Shown here piece by piece: positions 50,390 through 64,000 of a stretch of 64,000 bases of DNA; the stretch's first letter is position 1; every line of letters begins with the position of its first letter. Both the position numbers and the translations under genes were made by a program. The notes beneath the pieces were generated by a model that searched no databases, was not told the DNA's origin, and saw nothing but the letters and a program-made list of their open reading frames with translations. This DNA comes from Vicugna vicugna (lineage: Eukaryota): positions 7,704,295 through 7,768,294 of the forward strand of contig MU058636.1 of assembly GCA_013265495.1 (NCBI GenBank), in the 5' to 3' direction.

Positions 50390-51870
50390 AAAAGGAATTA
50401 TGCTCCTTAACTTCAGACTATAGTACTAAGTTACAGTAATCAAAACAGTATGGTACTGGCACAAAAACAGACACATAGATCAATGTAACAGGATAGACAG
50501 CCCAGAAGTAAAACCTGCACTTATGGTCAGTTAATCTATGACCAAGGAGGCAAGAATATAAAACGGAGAAAAGACAGTCTCTTTAATAAGTGGTGCTGGG
50601 AAAACTGGACAGCTACATGTAAAAGACTGAAATTAGAACATTCTCTAACACCATATACAAAAATAAACTCAAAATGGATTAGAGACCTAAATGTAAGACC
50701 AGATACTACAAAACTCCTAGAGGAAAACATAGCCAGAACACTCTGATATGAATTGCAGCAATATTTTTTTTTGGATCTGTCTTTTAGAGTAAAGGAAATA
50801 AAAGCAAAAATAAACAAATGGGACCTAAGTAAGTTTCAAAGTTTTTGCACGGCAAAGGAAACCACTAACAAAAGGAAAGGACAACCTACTGAATGGGAGA
50901 AGATATTTGCAAATGTTATGACTGGTAAGGGATTAATATCCAACATATATAAACAGCTCATAAAACATAAAAAAAAACCCACCAAAAAAAAACCTGATTA
51001 AAAATGGGCAGAAAAATTGCATAGACATTTTCCTAAAGAACACAAATAGATGTTCAACAGGCACATGAAAAGATGCTCAGCATTGCTAATTATCAGGGAA
51101 ATGCAAATCCACACCACAATGAGATATTACCTTACACTTGTCAGAATGGCTATCATCAAAAAGAAGACAAATAAGAAATGTTGCCAAGGATGTGGAGAAA
51201 AGGGAACCCTCATATACTGTTGGTGGGGATATAAATTGGTTCAGCTACTATGGAAAACATTATGGAGGTTTCTCAAAAAACTAAAAATAGAACTACCATA
51301 TGACTCAACAATTCCACACCTGGGCATTGATCTGAAAAAAATCAAAAACACTAACTTGAAAAGATACATGCACCCCAATGTTCATAACACTGTTATTTAC
51401 AATTTCCAAGACATGGAAGCAACTTAAGTGTCCAATAAACAGATGAATTAATAAAGAAGATATAGTATATATATACAATGGAATACTTCTTGGCCATAAA
51501 AAAGAATGAAATTTTGCCATCTTCAGCCACATGAGTGGACTTGGAGGGCATTACACTAAGTGAAATAAGTCAGACAGAGAAAGACAAATACTGTACGATA
51601 TCATATGTATGTGGAATCTAAAAAATACAACAAACTATGAATATAAAAAGAAGCAGATGCATAGATACAGTGAACAAACTAGTGATTACCATTGGGAAGG
51701 GAGGGAGGGGCACCATAGCAGCGGGGGAGTGGGACTCACAAACCACTGGGTGTAAGACAGGCTCAAAGATGTATTGTACAACAAGGGGAATACAGCCAAT
51801 GTTTTGTAATAACTGTAAATGGAGTGAAACCTTAACAGCTGTGTACAAAATTATAAAAATAAAATAGAAA
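50390..51870 (+). mobile_element. 5'-truncated LINE-1 (degenerate ORF2 3' end + 3'UTR)
   Basis: ORF2-like peptides (KINKWD, HMKRCS, CGEKGTL..CWW, IELPYD) and A-rich end; no clear TSD. Confidence 0.93.
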
Positions 51871-52647
51871 AATGCTGTTGAATTTGATGACCGATTCAGG
51901 GGACAGCTCTTAAACTCCTGCTCAGAAGTGATACAAGTGCCTTCCTCTCACATCTTCTTGGCCAAGGCAAGCCATCTGGTCAACCCTGATGTTGGTGCAG
52001 CAGGCACAGTACAGAAAACACTATAGTCCATAGAAAGGGGCAGGGGCAGGAGTGGGACACAGATGGCACCACTGTGTCTGGTGGCATCTCAGGAAAATAC
52101 TGAAGACACCTAGTACAAACCTTTATTCCTTAACCTGATGAGTACAAATGTCTGGGAGGACGTCCACGCCCTGAAAGAAGGCCAAGCTAGACCATAAAAT
52201 GCCCAAGAGGGGTGGGGGATGGGCTTAGTAGGGAAGAGTGGCAAAAATGTTAGCTAACAGTATAATCTGTGTAAATTAAAAACAATTTCACTCTCTCCAG
52301 CTTAAAACAAAACAAAACATACCGTATGCCTTCCACTGTACTATGTTTCCTCCCTTCTTTCAGTTGGCTTAAAAATATGAAAAATCTCCATTAAAATGCA
52401 ATTCTTATCCACAAAGGGAGGCTCATTAGGCCAGTATCAGCCAACATTTTTATTTGATTTAATTTACTGTTTTCCAAAGTTTGAGTAATGCACCACCATT
52501 GGTACATAAGATGATATTAGTGGCACATGGATAAAATATACATTAAAATAAAAAACACATCAAAACTGCAATTTCACAGATATTATTGATTAAAATGAAA
52601 GTCATTATTTTTTTTCACTATAGAACTTCCTTAGTTTTACCATTAAA

Positions 52648-52757
52648 ATTTTTTTTTAATTTTAAGTTTTTTATTTTAATGGCAGAACTGGGGATTGAGC
52701 CCAGGATCTCATGTGCTAAGTGTGAGCTCTACCACTGAGCTCTACCCACCTGCCCCT
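52648..52757 (-). mobile_element. tRNA-derived SINE (Vic-1-like, more diverged)
   Basis: Reverse complement ...GTAGAGCTCAGTGGTAGAGCTCACACTTAGCACATGAGATCCTGGGCTCAATCCCCAGTTCTGCCA + A-rich tail; same family as 13029-13120. Confidence 0.8.
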
Positions 52758-55700
52758 AAAGTAATTATTTACATATACAAAGTGAGCTATTTAAAATAAA
52801 GATATTAGGTAAATAACAGTGCAGGTGTTTCAACGAAAAAACAAAAAAAGGGAGGATGGCTGACAAATGACAAAAGTTTGTGAGACATCAATTTTATCAG
52901 ATTAACTCGTTATTTTCTCACTGAAAGGGAAGGTATGGAGGGAAGACATGTCTGTACAATAGTGGGCATGAAGCTGGGAGACTTTGGCATGATTGAGTCT
53001 CTGGGTCCCTGAAGCACAAGAAAATATGTCAGCACAGGAGTCACAATAAGGGGGGCATCGAAGTTAAGGAGGACCACAGAAATGTGACATGGAGAAAAAA
53101 TCCTTGTTTCTTCATATTGTGCAGAGCTGGCTTGGCTCTGGTGAGATGGTGAATAACCAGCTTCCTGGAATTTGTAGATGTCTTTGCAATTAAGACAAAC
53201 ACTCATTAGATTGGGATGATTTCGGTACCTGACTATTGCAAAAGCTGCCCAGACATCCCCAAAGGCATTATGGCTGTGGCAGACTGATGGATGAGAATGC
53301 AGTCACAACAGGAATCTTCTTTCTCTGCAATACCAGCTCGAGGATGGAGCAGACAATAGCCTTTCTATGGCTATCATCTTCCATCACAAGTGTTCATAAC
53401 ATCTTTGAAAATAAAATGCTCCAAGTTTGTGGAGGAACTGAGAGCAGCAACAAAGAGTGCCTTTGAAGCTTGTCTCTTCCAGTGCCTTACGATTCCGGGT
53501 TTCACACAAACAAAAGCTTTCATAAAGTTCTCCCAAGCCTCCCCGGAGCTGTCCTTATTACTCAGCGTGCTGAAAAATAACCTCAGCTCGGGAAGCAATC
53601 TTCTGTTTCTCACCCCCCAGGAAATGCCTCAGCTGTGAGCCTTCTGAGCTCCAGGCAGGGCAGGGGGACGTCTGACCTCCCGATGCGATGTTCGGAAGTG
53701 TGCATCGACTCCAGGGGAGAGTGTTCGTGACTTGACTGCTTTAGGCCGGTTGCTTACAAGGTTCAGTCATTGCCCCTGATAAAGAGATCTGAAAACCAAA
53801 GTTGCTCACTTGCAAATGAACTGCTCCAAATCGGCTAATGTACAGAATGCCCTTTGGAGGAATGGCATTTTTCTATCTCAAGGTCAGCAAAACTGCATAA
53901 TTAGAGTTTCAGTCTTGTGAATATACTGCAAACTGCCAGGCTGGGTCAGGCTCGGCCATTAACTAGCTGTGAGCCTTAGGTGGGTACTACCCTTTCTGGA
54001 CCTTGGTTTCATCATTTTAAAGTTAGAAGTTCAACCAGATAATTTATAACTGCCCTCCCACTGTAACAAGCTGTATGCCAGCACCTTTCCAAAGGTGATC
54101 ATCAATTTGTTCTGGTGGGCCAGGTGTGAGAAACTGGGGCTTAGGGAAGAAAATGAAGATATTTATTTCTCACACACAGAGAGGAAGGCTTTGTGCACAC
54201 CTGGCAGTAACTGTTCAAGGTCAGTCCTGTACAGGGTCATTGATCTAGCAGGCATTTACTTGTGGGCGATGAATGAATGAATGTGAACAAAACAGAAGAA
54301 CAACTTTGGGTATCGGAGGGGCCTCTGACAATGGCATGGGTGGATCACCGCGTCTGATTACTCGAGCATCATTCAAAATAGTAACCTAAAAGCTTTTTTA
54401 ATTTTGTTTTGTTTCTTAAAGCTCCTTTGATCTATCTTTGAATCTTAGCCATTATCTGCCTGTTTACTCTGAGTCACTCTGTATCCTAAGGAACTAGTAC
54501 ACGGGCATTTCGTGTGAGCTGACTGCCCATTTTCATGAGGGGTCAATAGGACGGCAGCCTTTGAGGAGTCAGGTGCAAGCTCTCTTTCCTTGAAAGAATT
54601 AAGATTCTGAATAAGAAACACAAATACCTGTTTCAATGAATTCCCGTAATTTGAAGAACTAAATCCCCTACTGCCTATTATTTTGAAATTTTCATTCTCT
54701 GCTCTTAGGTCTGCAAAGGATATATATTTCTTCATCTATTCATTCACTTGTAAATAATCAAATTCCAGTTTGGTGACAACCCCTGGGTAGCACCAGGGGT
54801 AGTACCAGGGTAGTACCAGAGGTACAAAGGTGACTCTGCCACAGTCGCTGGCCTGAGAACGCACCCTTGAGTTTGGGAAACCGCCATGTAAACAGCTCAT
54901 TAAAGAACAGCATTAGTCAGGATTTGGTTTGCTCAGGACAAAAACTCTACTTCAAACAGCTCAGGTTTCTAGGGGCATTTATTAGATCGGGACGAGATAG
55001 AAGGGCAGCCAACATTCAGATAATTTTTTATATAAAAGTTTAAATCTTAGGTCTCTTTTGAGAAAAAAATAGGATATTCTAGAAAGATGGGGCTTCCCCC
55101 TGAATAGCTGCGAGTGGGTGCCCCTTGTATGCGGCACACGCACTTTCTTCTTTGCACCAACTTGCCATCTGCACTGAGTTTGCATGTTAATTATATCAGC
55201 CCTGGTCACTCATTCGTGGTTCTCATTTATTCTCCTCAAGCATATGAATTATTAGGCCCTTGGATGAGAAGAAGGTCAAACTGGAGGTGGGAAGACCAGT
55301 TGGTAAGTTACTGCAACTCCGTCTTCAAGAAAAGATGATGGCAAAGCAGATGGAGAGTCAAGAACAGTGGCGAGATATTTTGGTCATGGTGACAGGACGT
55401 GGTCAGTGAAGGATTACGTATTCTCACTTCTTCAAAGATATTTTTGGAAGCTTCTGAATTTTTTTCTCTTTATGTATTTATCTTGCAGTTTTATAGAAAT
55501 CTCCCAGACATGATATATTTTTCTTTCTCGAGGAACTAGCCAAGACTCTGGAAAAAATAAGTCAGGAGGGGGCCCGGCAAAGCAGCCATCAAACAGGAAG
55601 CAAGTCTAGGCCCAGGTGGAGTCCCCAGGGAGCAGCTAAGAGAGGGGAGGCAGCTCTTCCCGGAGTTTGTTTCTGGGAAGCAAAGCAAGATCTGGAGACT

Positions 55701-56434
55701 CTCCCTGAGTGACGTCCACAGCCTTCGGAAGACTTAAAGAGAACGTCTCAGTTTTGAAATAAGCAGGTGGAAGAGTCTGCTTTTCCTGAAGAGCTCCAAG
55801 GATGGAGGGAGTGCCCCAAGATTCTTTCTCACTCCTCCCAACAGTTTTCTGACTCTCCCTGGCCAAAAGATTCTCCTTCTTTCCAATTAATATCTGATTT
55901 TAAAAAATATTTTAGGTAGAGCAAAAAAAGTTCCCAAGAAAGCTAAAACTGTCCTTTAAGGGTTTAAATATTTAAAACTTATTTTAAATGTAGACTTCTA
56001 TTAGAGAACACTGGGAAATTACTAATAGTCTCACCATCTAAATAAATTTACTAACATCGTAGAGTATTGCTAGTCTTTTTTTTTATGCTCAATGAACTAA
56101 ATTGAAATAGTTTTCTGTATTTTTACACTTATAACCTCAAATTTTTAATTATAAGTAATGTAAATATGTGAGAAGAACCCTTTGGTTCTATTGTTTATTT
56201 TCCCTCATGTATTTGGAGAAAAAAATACTTGTGCTTTTAAAGTTGCGGGGTTTTACTTCCGACAATGGTGAATGTTTCATGTGGTTCAGAATAAAATATA
56301 CCTAAGGCTTAATATCAATTTTTGTCAACTTTGAATTTTTAGTAGAGCTTAACTAGGACAACATGGTCCAGTAATTCATCTGTAGGTAAAGTATATGTGC
56401 AAAATCTTCTCTATCAATCACTACCGAGTGTTTA

Positions 56435-56535
56435 ATTTATCCTGGCTCTACCACTCACTCTTTGTTTGATTTTGGAGAAGTCATTTTACCTTTCCGTGCC
56501 TCAGCTTCCTCATCTTTGAAATGAGGATAATTTTA
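56435..56535 (+). mobile_element. MIR SINE
   Basis: atcctggctctaccactcac...gtgcctcagcttcctcatctttgaaatgaggataat. Confidence 0.7.
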
Positions 56536-57099
56536 TTTCAGACACCTCAGAAATTATTACTTACATGGTTACTGCTGTTGCTGACAGTAGTCAAGTAGAG
56601 GAAAAATGTGAATCTACTTTTCAGTGTAATAAGATTCAGATATACTCTGAGTATTACATTTTTAAATACTTTGTTAAAAATAGATTAAGGTTCTCCTAAT
56701 GTCTTCCCATTGGGGAGAAAGCTTTCACCTCAGTTGACAGGGTCAAAGAATGTTCTCCCTTCCATTAGTATGCAGGCAAGTCTCCAAGCCGTCTAATCGC
56801 CTTTGAAGAGACAAAGAACACATTCACTTTCTCTCACATTCATATTCCCAGGAAACGAAAGGTAGCAAAATCCAGCACCATCTCTTTATTCAATTTCGGA
56901 ACAGGACGCATCCTTTAATTGAATTCTTATCTAATGACTCAGAGCTTTAAGGCAACTTGAGAACTTGAATTTTGAAGTTTATTATCTATGTTAATTAAGA
57001 CAAAATCATAATGAATTAGTTCTTGTCTTCCTCCTTCACATCACTCCTCACATCCAAATTACTTTATTGTTGGTTAAATGATAGTGAGCATTTTAAATT

Positions 57100-58081
57100 T
57101 TTATTATTTTTTTAAATTGAGGTATAATTGATATACAAGATTGTATTAGCTTCAAGTGTAAAGAATAATGATTTGCTATTTGTATATATTGCAAAATGAT
57201 CACCACAATAAGTCTTGTCAACATCTGTCACCATACATAGTTACAGAATTTTTCTTGTGATGAGAACTTTTAAGATTTATTCTCTTAGCAACTTTCAAAT
57301 ATGCATTAGTGTTATTAACTACAGTCACCATGCTGTGAATTACACCCCTTTGATTTCTGTATTTTATATCTGGGAGTTTGTACTTTTTGACTCCATCTGT
57401 TTTTCCCACCTCACCCTCCACTGCCTGGCTTTGGCAACCACCATTCCATTCTCTGTATCTATGAGCTTGGTGTTTTGGTTTTTTTCTTTCTTTAATAATG
57501 CATGTAAGTGATATCATACAGTATTTGTCTTCCTCTTCCTGACTTGTTTCACTTAGCATAAGGCCCTCACCCTTGTTGTCACAAATGGCAAGACTTCCTT
57601 CTATTTTATGGCTAAATAATATTCATTGTATTTATATTCCACCTTTATCCATTCATCCATTGATGGACACTTATGTTGTTTTCATATCTTGACTATTGTA
57701 AATAACGTTGCAATGAACATGAGGGTGCATATATCTTTTTGAGTTAGTGTTTTAATTTTCTTTGAATAAATACTCAGAAGTAAAATTGCTGGACCATATG
57801 GTAGTATTATTTTTAATTTTTTGAGGAGCCTCCATATTGTTTTCCATAATGGCTGCACCAATTTACATTCCCACCAACAGTGCACAAGATATTTGTCAAC
57901 ATTTTTTATTTCTTGCCTTCTTGGTAACAGCCATTCTAACAGATGTGAGGATATATCTCACTGTGGTTTTGATTTGCATTTCCCTGATGGTTAGTGATGT
58001 TGAACATCTTTTTACATGCCTGTTGGCCATCCACATGTCTTCGTTGGAAAGATGTCTATGCACATCTTCTGCCCATTTCTA
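57100..58081 (-). mobile_element. LINE-1 3' fragment (L1MA-like)
   Basis: Minus-strand peptide [29 protein letters not shown] and typical L1 3'UTR; T-rich tail at left. Confidence 0.92.
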
Positions 58082-59045
58082 AACCAGACGTAGAAAACTT
58101 GAGACTTTATGTGATTAACATCAGCCCTGAACAACTGATTGTTTTTTTTTCCTGGACTCCCACAGCAATCTAAGCTATATAGCAGAACATTGTATTTCAT
58201 GAAATATTCTTGTAACCTTTCTATTTTCAGTACATCTTTTCTCTGGGGTAAGCTGAAAATCCCTTGAGAGTAGCAGGTTTGTCTTTCATTACTTTGCATC
58301 TTCCACAATACCTATTATAGTAGACGCAAATGAAGTATTTGTTCATTGATTGATTTAATTCTAAAGAATTTTCAGAAGCTGTCACAGCAATCTTCTGAAG
58401 ATCTTTTTTAAAAATTTTGTTTATTTACTCTCTCATTTTATTGATGAAGTAAAAATGACACTGTGATAAATGCATATGATTTCATTGGCCAGAGGGATCA
58501 TCCAAGTCTTTCTTAACAATGGATGAAAGAGGTACCATCCACTGTCTCCTTTCAGTGGATGGCATTTTGATCCGAACAGAAACTACAGGACACTGACTGC
58601 TTCAGCGGTGACAGATGTGGTCTGAAGCAGATAATGTTGAGTGCTGTGCTCAAGATGAGCACCTCCCTCATGTGTCCCTTTCTGTGGGTGGTGAACAAAT
58701 CAAATCCGCAGGTTCCCGTTGTTCATGATGGGACTACACACGTCTTCCTCCTCCCTAGTGCAGCAAGACAGCTGTTTAAATTTTCACAGCATCTTCAAGG
58801 TACCCATGGAACCTTGCCTTATAAAATGATTACATTCTCCAACTAGACTCCAGCCATACTGGGCTCCTGTCTCTTCCTCAACTACGTCAAGCCCTTTCCT
58901 GTCCTCATGCCTTCTACACTGGCTGGTCCCCACCTGAAATGCTCTTCTCTCAGTCCTGCAGAGGTTCATTTTCCTTCTTCATCTCTCAGCTCAAATACCG
59001 TCTTCTAGGCAGTCTCCCCTGACCACTCTTATTTAAAGATGTCCT

Positions 59046-59235
59046 ACTATGTACAAAATGAACAAGGGTCTACTGCATAGCATAAGGAACCACATTCAGT
59101 ATCTTGTAACAATCTACAATGGAAAAGAATCTAAAAGAGAATATATAGATGTATATGTATCATTGAATCACTTTGCTGTACATCTGAAACTAACACCACA
59201 GTGTAAATCAACTATACTTCAATAAAAAGATAAAA
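59046..59235 (+). mobile_element. Short LINE-1 3'-end insertion, nested in probable L2 sequence
   Basis: L1 3'UTR motifs (cattcagtatcttgtaa...aatcaactatacttcaataaaaa); 12-bp TSD TAAAGATGTCCT at 59034-59045 and 59236-59247. Confidence 0.88.
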
Positions 59236-60213
59236 TAAAGATGTCCTGCCCCATCCCCGCTAACACCTGGTACTGTACGTCACCTCTTTATTTTTTTCAT
59301 AGTATGTATCTCAGTCAGAGTCCTTCTCTTGTGTGGTGCTTTACTGCCCAGAAAGCGTTTGCATCTTCACAACAGCTGTGTGAGACGGGCAGAGCACGTG
59401 GCCCATTGAGACCCACTGTATGGATGAGGAAGCGGTTCAGAAAAATGAATGACTTAACTAAGGTCACAAGGGTAGAAAATGAGTGAGGGCAGACAGGCGC
59501 AGGGAGGCTCTTGCTCCATCTAGGGGTGGTGTGCTGTCACGGCACTGGAAGTCTTATTGTCAGTGTCTTTCTGGACGGTGACAGTGAGCACAGACCACGA
59601 GAAAAGCAGGTCCTCAGCGGTGGGGAGGGAGTCACCTTCATCCTCCCCTCTTGTCACGATGGCAGAACTGGCAGTCGGTTCAGAAAAGCAGACGTGTTTC
59701 CATGCTCTCAGCCATGTCTGTCTGGTTTTGTCTCCTCCCCGGACTGCCCTCTCTTCCTTTTGTCAGTTGGCTTGCATTTATTGTCACTTAATCTGGGCAT
59801 TCTGCCACCAGCCTATCTTTTTGGATGTTCTTTTCTTATTAATTTAAGAGTACATAACATGATATCAAAAGATGTGCTTTGATATGGAAACAAAATTTGA
59901 CTTTTAAAGAAGACACTCCCAAATTACAATTTTCCTAAATAAGATTTTCAAGACTTTTTCTGAGACAGAATTACCTAGTAGGGAGAGAGATCTAAGAGCA
60001 TGTCCTAGCAGAAAAAAGTTTTTTTTTATCAAGCTCACCAGGAAGATGATGTATGTCTGCGACTGCATGGACATATATATTTTTGTTCTGGTCTGTAGAT
60101 GGCAACACTGGGGGTGTTATTGAAAGGACCCTGAGTAGGATCGAAAGGAATGATCAGGCAACCTGCTGAGCCTGCCAGGAAAGGGATCTTTTGGCTTCTT
60201 TAATACCTGCCTG

Positions 60214-60247
60214 ATTGCTTCTCGGCCTTTTGGCTAAGATCAAGTGT
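60214..60247 (+). pseudogene. 3'-truncated U2 snRNA retropseudogene (U2 nt 1-34)
   Basis: ATTGCTTCTCGGCCTTTTGGCTAAGATCAAGTGT matches the U2 5' end (ATCGCTTCTCGGCCTTTTGGCTAAGATCAAGTGT) at 33/34; flanked by direct repeat ACCTGCCTG (60205-60213, 60251-60259). Confidence 0.93.
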
Positions 60248-60265
60248 CACACCTGCCTGAAATTG

Positions 60266-60267
<2 letters not shown>

Positions 60268-60297
<30 letters not shown>
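60268..60297 (+). repeat. (GT)15 microsatellite
   Basis: Uninterrupted GT run just downstream of the U2 retrocopy. Confidence 0.95.
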
Positions 60298-60299
<2 letters not shown>

Positions 60300-63200
60300 T
60301 TGGGGGGTGGGGCCTGCCTCTCAGGCCATGTGACAGCTGTGCCCTGAAGTCGCATGAGCAGTGACTAGCCCAGCTCCTTCACTGGCTGGGGTCTTGAGTC
60401 AGTCACCTTTCCTTTCTCAGCCTCAGGGTCCTCCTCGAGGAAAAAGCATCACTGTCTTCCCTCTTTGTCATAGTTGTGGGGATCAAGCGGGAAACACGCC
60501 AGACAGAAAGCTGTCATCATTACAATTCACACAGGAAGAGGTTTTCTGCAAGTTATTAATGCAGAGGAAGACTCGCTCATCCTAGTTCTGCTAATGACTC
60601 CAGTGTGTCCCTTTGGTACTTCTCCAGCTCTGCCTTTTAATGGTCATTTCATTTCAGCTCAGGATGTGGAAGCTGCTTAAGAATCCCACTCTCATCTGGC
60701 TTCCCTGTGTCTAGACTGGCGAGACAGACTTGCATTAAATATAATTTTGGTGCTGGCAGCCAGCTGCTGTCGAGGACATCATGGAATGTGACATTACATT
60801 GCCTACAGATGTTAAATACTGCTTGTAGGTGACCCGGAAATTCTATCCATGTCTCTAGTCCGCATACCAAGTCTCTCCATCAATCAGAAGCAAGCATGTA
60901 GGGTAATCTGTTTTGCTGAAGGCCCCATAGGAATTTGTTGCTATTGCTGATGTAAGAAAAAGGCAAAAAAGAAAGGCTAATTTACTTCCAGGCTTTTGCA
61001 AAGTAGTAGATGTTTCCTGTGCAAAAGTAACATCAAAGCTGCATGTTATAATTGCATAGTATCGTATGGTTTTAAAAAACAGATGTTTCTTAATAACTAT
61101 GCAAGAAATCATGAATATATTCTCATTTAAAAAATTCAAACATAGAAGTATGTGGAGGCAATGGTTTCCTCTGAGAAAATAAGGGGGACTTCAGGTGATG
61201 TGGGAGGTGTTGAAGGAGGCTCTTCATTTTCGACTGTATATTGAAATTTTAGGCTGAGTCCTTTCAGCCTTTCTTGTAAGCATTTGAATAATATGGGTAC
61301 AGATAAAAATATATAAAGAAAATTTTCTTTACATAAATGGAACTACACTAAACATGTTCAGCAATTTTTTACTTACTATGACTTAAAGAGCTTTCCATGT
61401 CATTACAAAATATATTTGTTGCATTAAAAATATATAGGTAAATGGCATTCCCAGAATATGTCATAATGTAGTCAATCACTTCCCTACCTAGGAATGTTGA
61501 TTCTGGATTTATTGATATAACAATGTTGCCGTAAACATCCTTGTGGGTACAACTGTCTTCATGTGTACCATTATTTCATTATTTCTTTAGGACAGAAAAC
61601 CAGAAGTGAAATTGCTGAGTCAGGCTTGGGGTAAATTAACTCGCAAAGACTTAGTTTCCTTTTCTGTAAGATTGGTTTACGATAACCTGCACCTCAAGGG
61701 TATTGTGAGGATTAAAAATTAAAATTAAATGTTCAAAGTATAAATGCAAGTTCATCCCCTCTCTCTTGAAGTCTTTTTTCAAAAATAATTTTCAAATCTT
61801 TTCCTCCTCACACATCTCAGGATCGTTTTTACCCCTCTCTGTTCTACATTAAGATGTCTGATGTGCAGAAGTCACATTGAAGCTCCTCTATTGAAGCTCC
61901 TCTCCCCTGCCCTCAGTTCCACTCTGTTCTTCTCGAGAAGGTGCAGAGCACTCAGAAGAATGCTGGAGTTCTGCCTTACACCACCTGCTCTTCTTCATCC
62001 TCTGCTTCCTCTTTCTTTTACTTGCTTTGTCCTCACTCTCCTTCCTTTCTTTTCAGCCTTAACATGGAGGCAGCCGGCTGGGTAACTGCCTACAGGAAAC
62101 ATAAGATGAGGGGCAGAGCTGCTGGGGTGGAAACATGCAGGGACAAGCTGGGAGCTGGGGCTGGACCAGAGCTGAGTCTAGGAGCCAAGCGCAAGTGGCA
62201 CAAAGAGGAGGGCTGACACAGATGCCAGAGCATTGAATGGTTTAGATGAATCCCTTTGCAGGGGCCATTACCTGCTTCTCAAGATGTCATAGGGCAGAGG
62301 GTACAGAGAGGGTACAGAGAGAGGGGCTGGGTGAAACAGGGGGTGTGCTGAGGTCGGCCGTCCAGGAAGCAGCCTAGAGCTGGGCTTGGTTCTCACTGGG
62401 TTCCCTCCAGCCCTGGTGTGCACAGTTCTCAGGGGGCAAGCCTGGCCAAAGTCAAGTAGAGGAGAAGGATTAGTGTCCACTGCCTGTGTGTCGTGTTGTC
62501 CTGGGACATTCCACTCTGTTAACCTGTTGAAACTCCCCTGTTAACTGTGAGCATATAGACAGATTTCCCCCGTTTAACGCTTTCTCTCCTTCGAAATTCA
62601 TCATTTCTTAGCAACTTACATATATGTTTTGAAGGGAAGGACTAAAGCAAGGCTGCAGCCTGTAGGCTCAGGCCACCTCCAATTAACTGAGAACACTCCC
62701 TAGATGTTATACCAGAGGTGCGGATTTGAAATAGCTCAGAAAGCTGACCTCTGTTTCCAGAGCTTGGCGCGGACCTCGAGGCGGTGTATGACAGCCAACA
62801 GGATAAAACAGTTCCAGATCCTTTCCCTGTGGCTCTTGGTGCTCTACAAAATGATGCCCACTAATCTCAGAGAAAGTGATGAGGCAGGGACCTCTCGGGA
62901 CGTTAACTAGAGACGATTTAAGCTGCTGCCGAGGAGTTGAGATGTCAGCGCCCCTCAGCTGCGTGTCTTCAGATGACTGCACAATTTCCTCTCCATTCAT
63001 CTGCTCTGTTCCCCGAGGAGTCCCGAGTCATCTGCGTAGGCTGCAAGTCCAGAAAGACTTCATGGGGTCAGTTTGCCTTGTCCTGACTTAACAAGCACTT
63101 GGTCTGAGTTTAAAAACACTCTTTGATATCAACAGAGAGGGAGAGACATGGCACATCACAGCTTAGCTCTGCAATCTCTCAGTTCTTCCCTCAGAAACCT

Positions 63201-64000
63201 TGCAAGTGAATTCGTGCTGTTCCTTACGCTCCCCCAAGGAACACGATGAGCTGTTCTTTGGGGCCAGATTTTCAACCTACGATTCTCTGAGAATAGTTCC
63301 CATATTGTGGAAGAGATGAGTATCTGGTCCAATGAGTCAAGAGGGATAAAAGCACAATCTATTTGAAAAAAAGACATGGTTTGGTGGCTAAAGAATGCAA
63401 ATCCAGCTTTCATCCTGTATATGACATTTAACTCAGTGCCTCAGGCATGCCATTTTATCTCATGTTACAGAAGCCTTAGGAAACGTTACAGCTGCCTAGG
63501 TGCTGGGTTGATCCCAAGATTTATGCCTTCAATATGCTTTAGCCTGTAATTCAAAGTACGGAACAACATAGCCACAAAATGCTGATCTAAGTCTTTGGCT
63601 TCTCAGTTGAATTTAGGAAACCTGGGACTTTCTACATTTTGTTTCTGTGTTATCCTTAAAAACCACATGCTACTCCTTTGCATCTCATTCCAATCACACA
63701 AAGAACTCTCACAACATTGGCCTTGACTCTTCTGTGTCTTTCATCCCAGGAAAACAAAGCTTTGTATCTCTTCTGTTCCTGTCTCCTCCTTCTTATTTTA
63801 TTTCAATATCTGTTTTCCCACCAGTCTTTACATCCGGAAAATTCTCCCACTTTCTTCCCAATAATAACTCTTCTTATCTCTAGTCTTCTTATCTTATTCC
63901 ACTTTTCAAATTTCCTTCACACATTTAAAATCATTTTTTAAAATTTCATTTATAGACTTGGACATTTTTTTCCCCACCAATCATGAAAAAAAAAATCTCC

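Noticed and set aside
54781..54830. Short direct repeats (CCAGGGTAGTA-like; also 33760-33787, 61876-61903, 9140-9176)
   Set aside because: Two- to three-copy local slippage duplications with no unique spacers; not CRISPR-like, and the DNA is eukaryotic.
58535..58562. 10-bp perfect hairpin CCATCCACTG/CAGTGGATGG (also a 9-bp stem at 38036-38058)
   Set aside because: Too short for a pre-miRNA; a few such stems are plausible by chance in 64 kb.
60214..60247. Functional U2 snRNA gene
   Set aside because: Only the first 34 nt are present; no Sm site or 3' stem-loops; flanked by a TSD.

Overview
Mammalian genomic DNA, not microbial. The tRNA-derived Vic-1-type SINEs point to a camelid (inference). 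The only protein-coding gene I can support is CCNA1 (cyclin A1) on the + strand. It has a CpG-island promoter at ~21.8-22.75 kb and eight coding exons from 23251 to 32412, all GT-AG with consistent phases. These total 1266 nt = 421 aa + stop, followed by AATAAA at 32605. The rest is intergenic or intronic: L1 fragments (three with clear target-site duplications), L2, MIR, MLT1 and ERV solo LTRs, hAT DNA-transposon relics, microsatellites, and a 34-nt 3'-truncated U2 snRNA retrocopy. Almost all short ORFs in the track are noise or repeat-derived. I found no new multi-gene system. The most interesting points concern CCNA1 isoforms and regulation: the human-type coding exon 1 is disabled, and an upstream exon could supply a different in-frame N-terminus. 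There is also an AG|GTAAGA recursive-splice-like site at exon 5, clustered RFX X-boxes in the promoter, and CPE/Musashi-like elements in the 3'UTR. Exon numbers follow the human gene. Repeat subfamily names and human/mouse comparisons are from memory and need database confirmation; repeat boundaries without TSDs are approximate.
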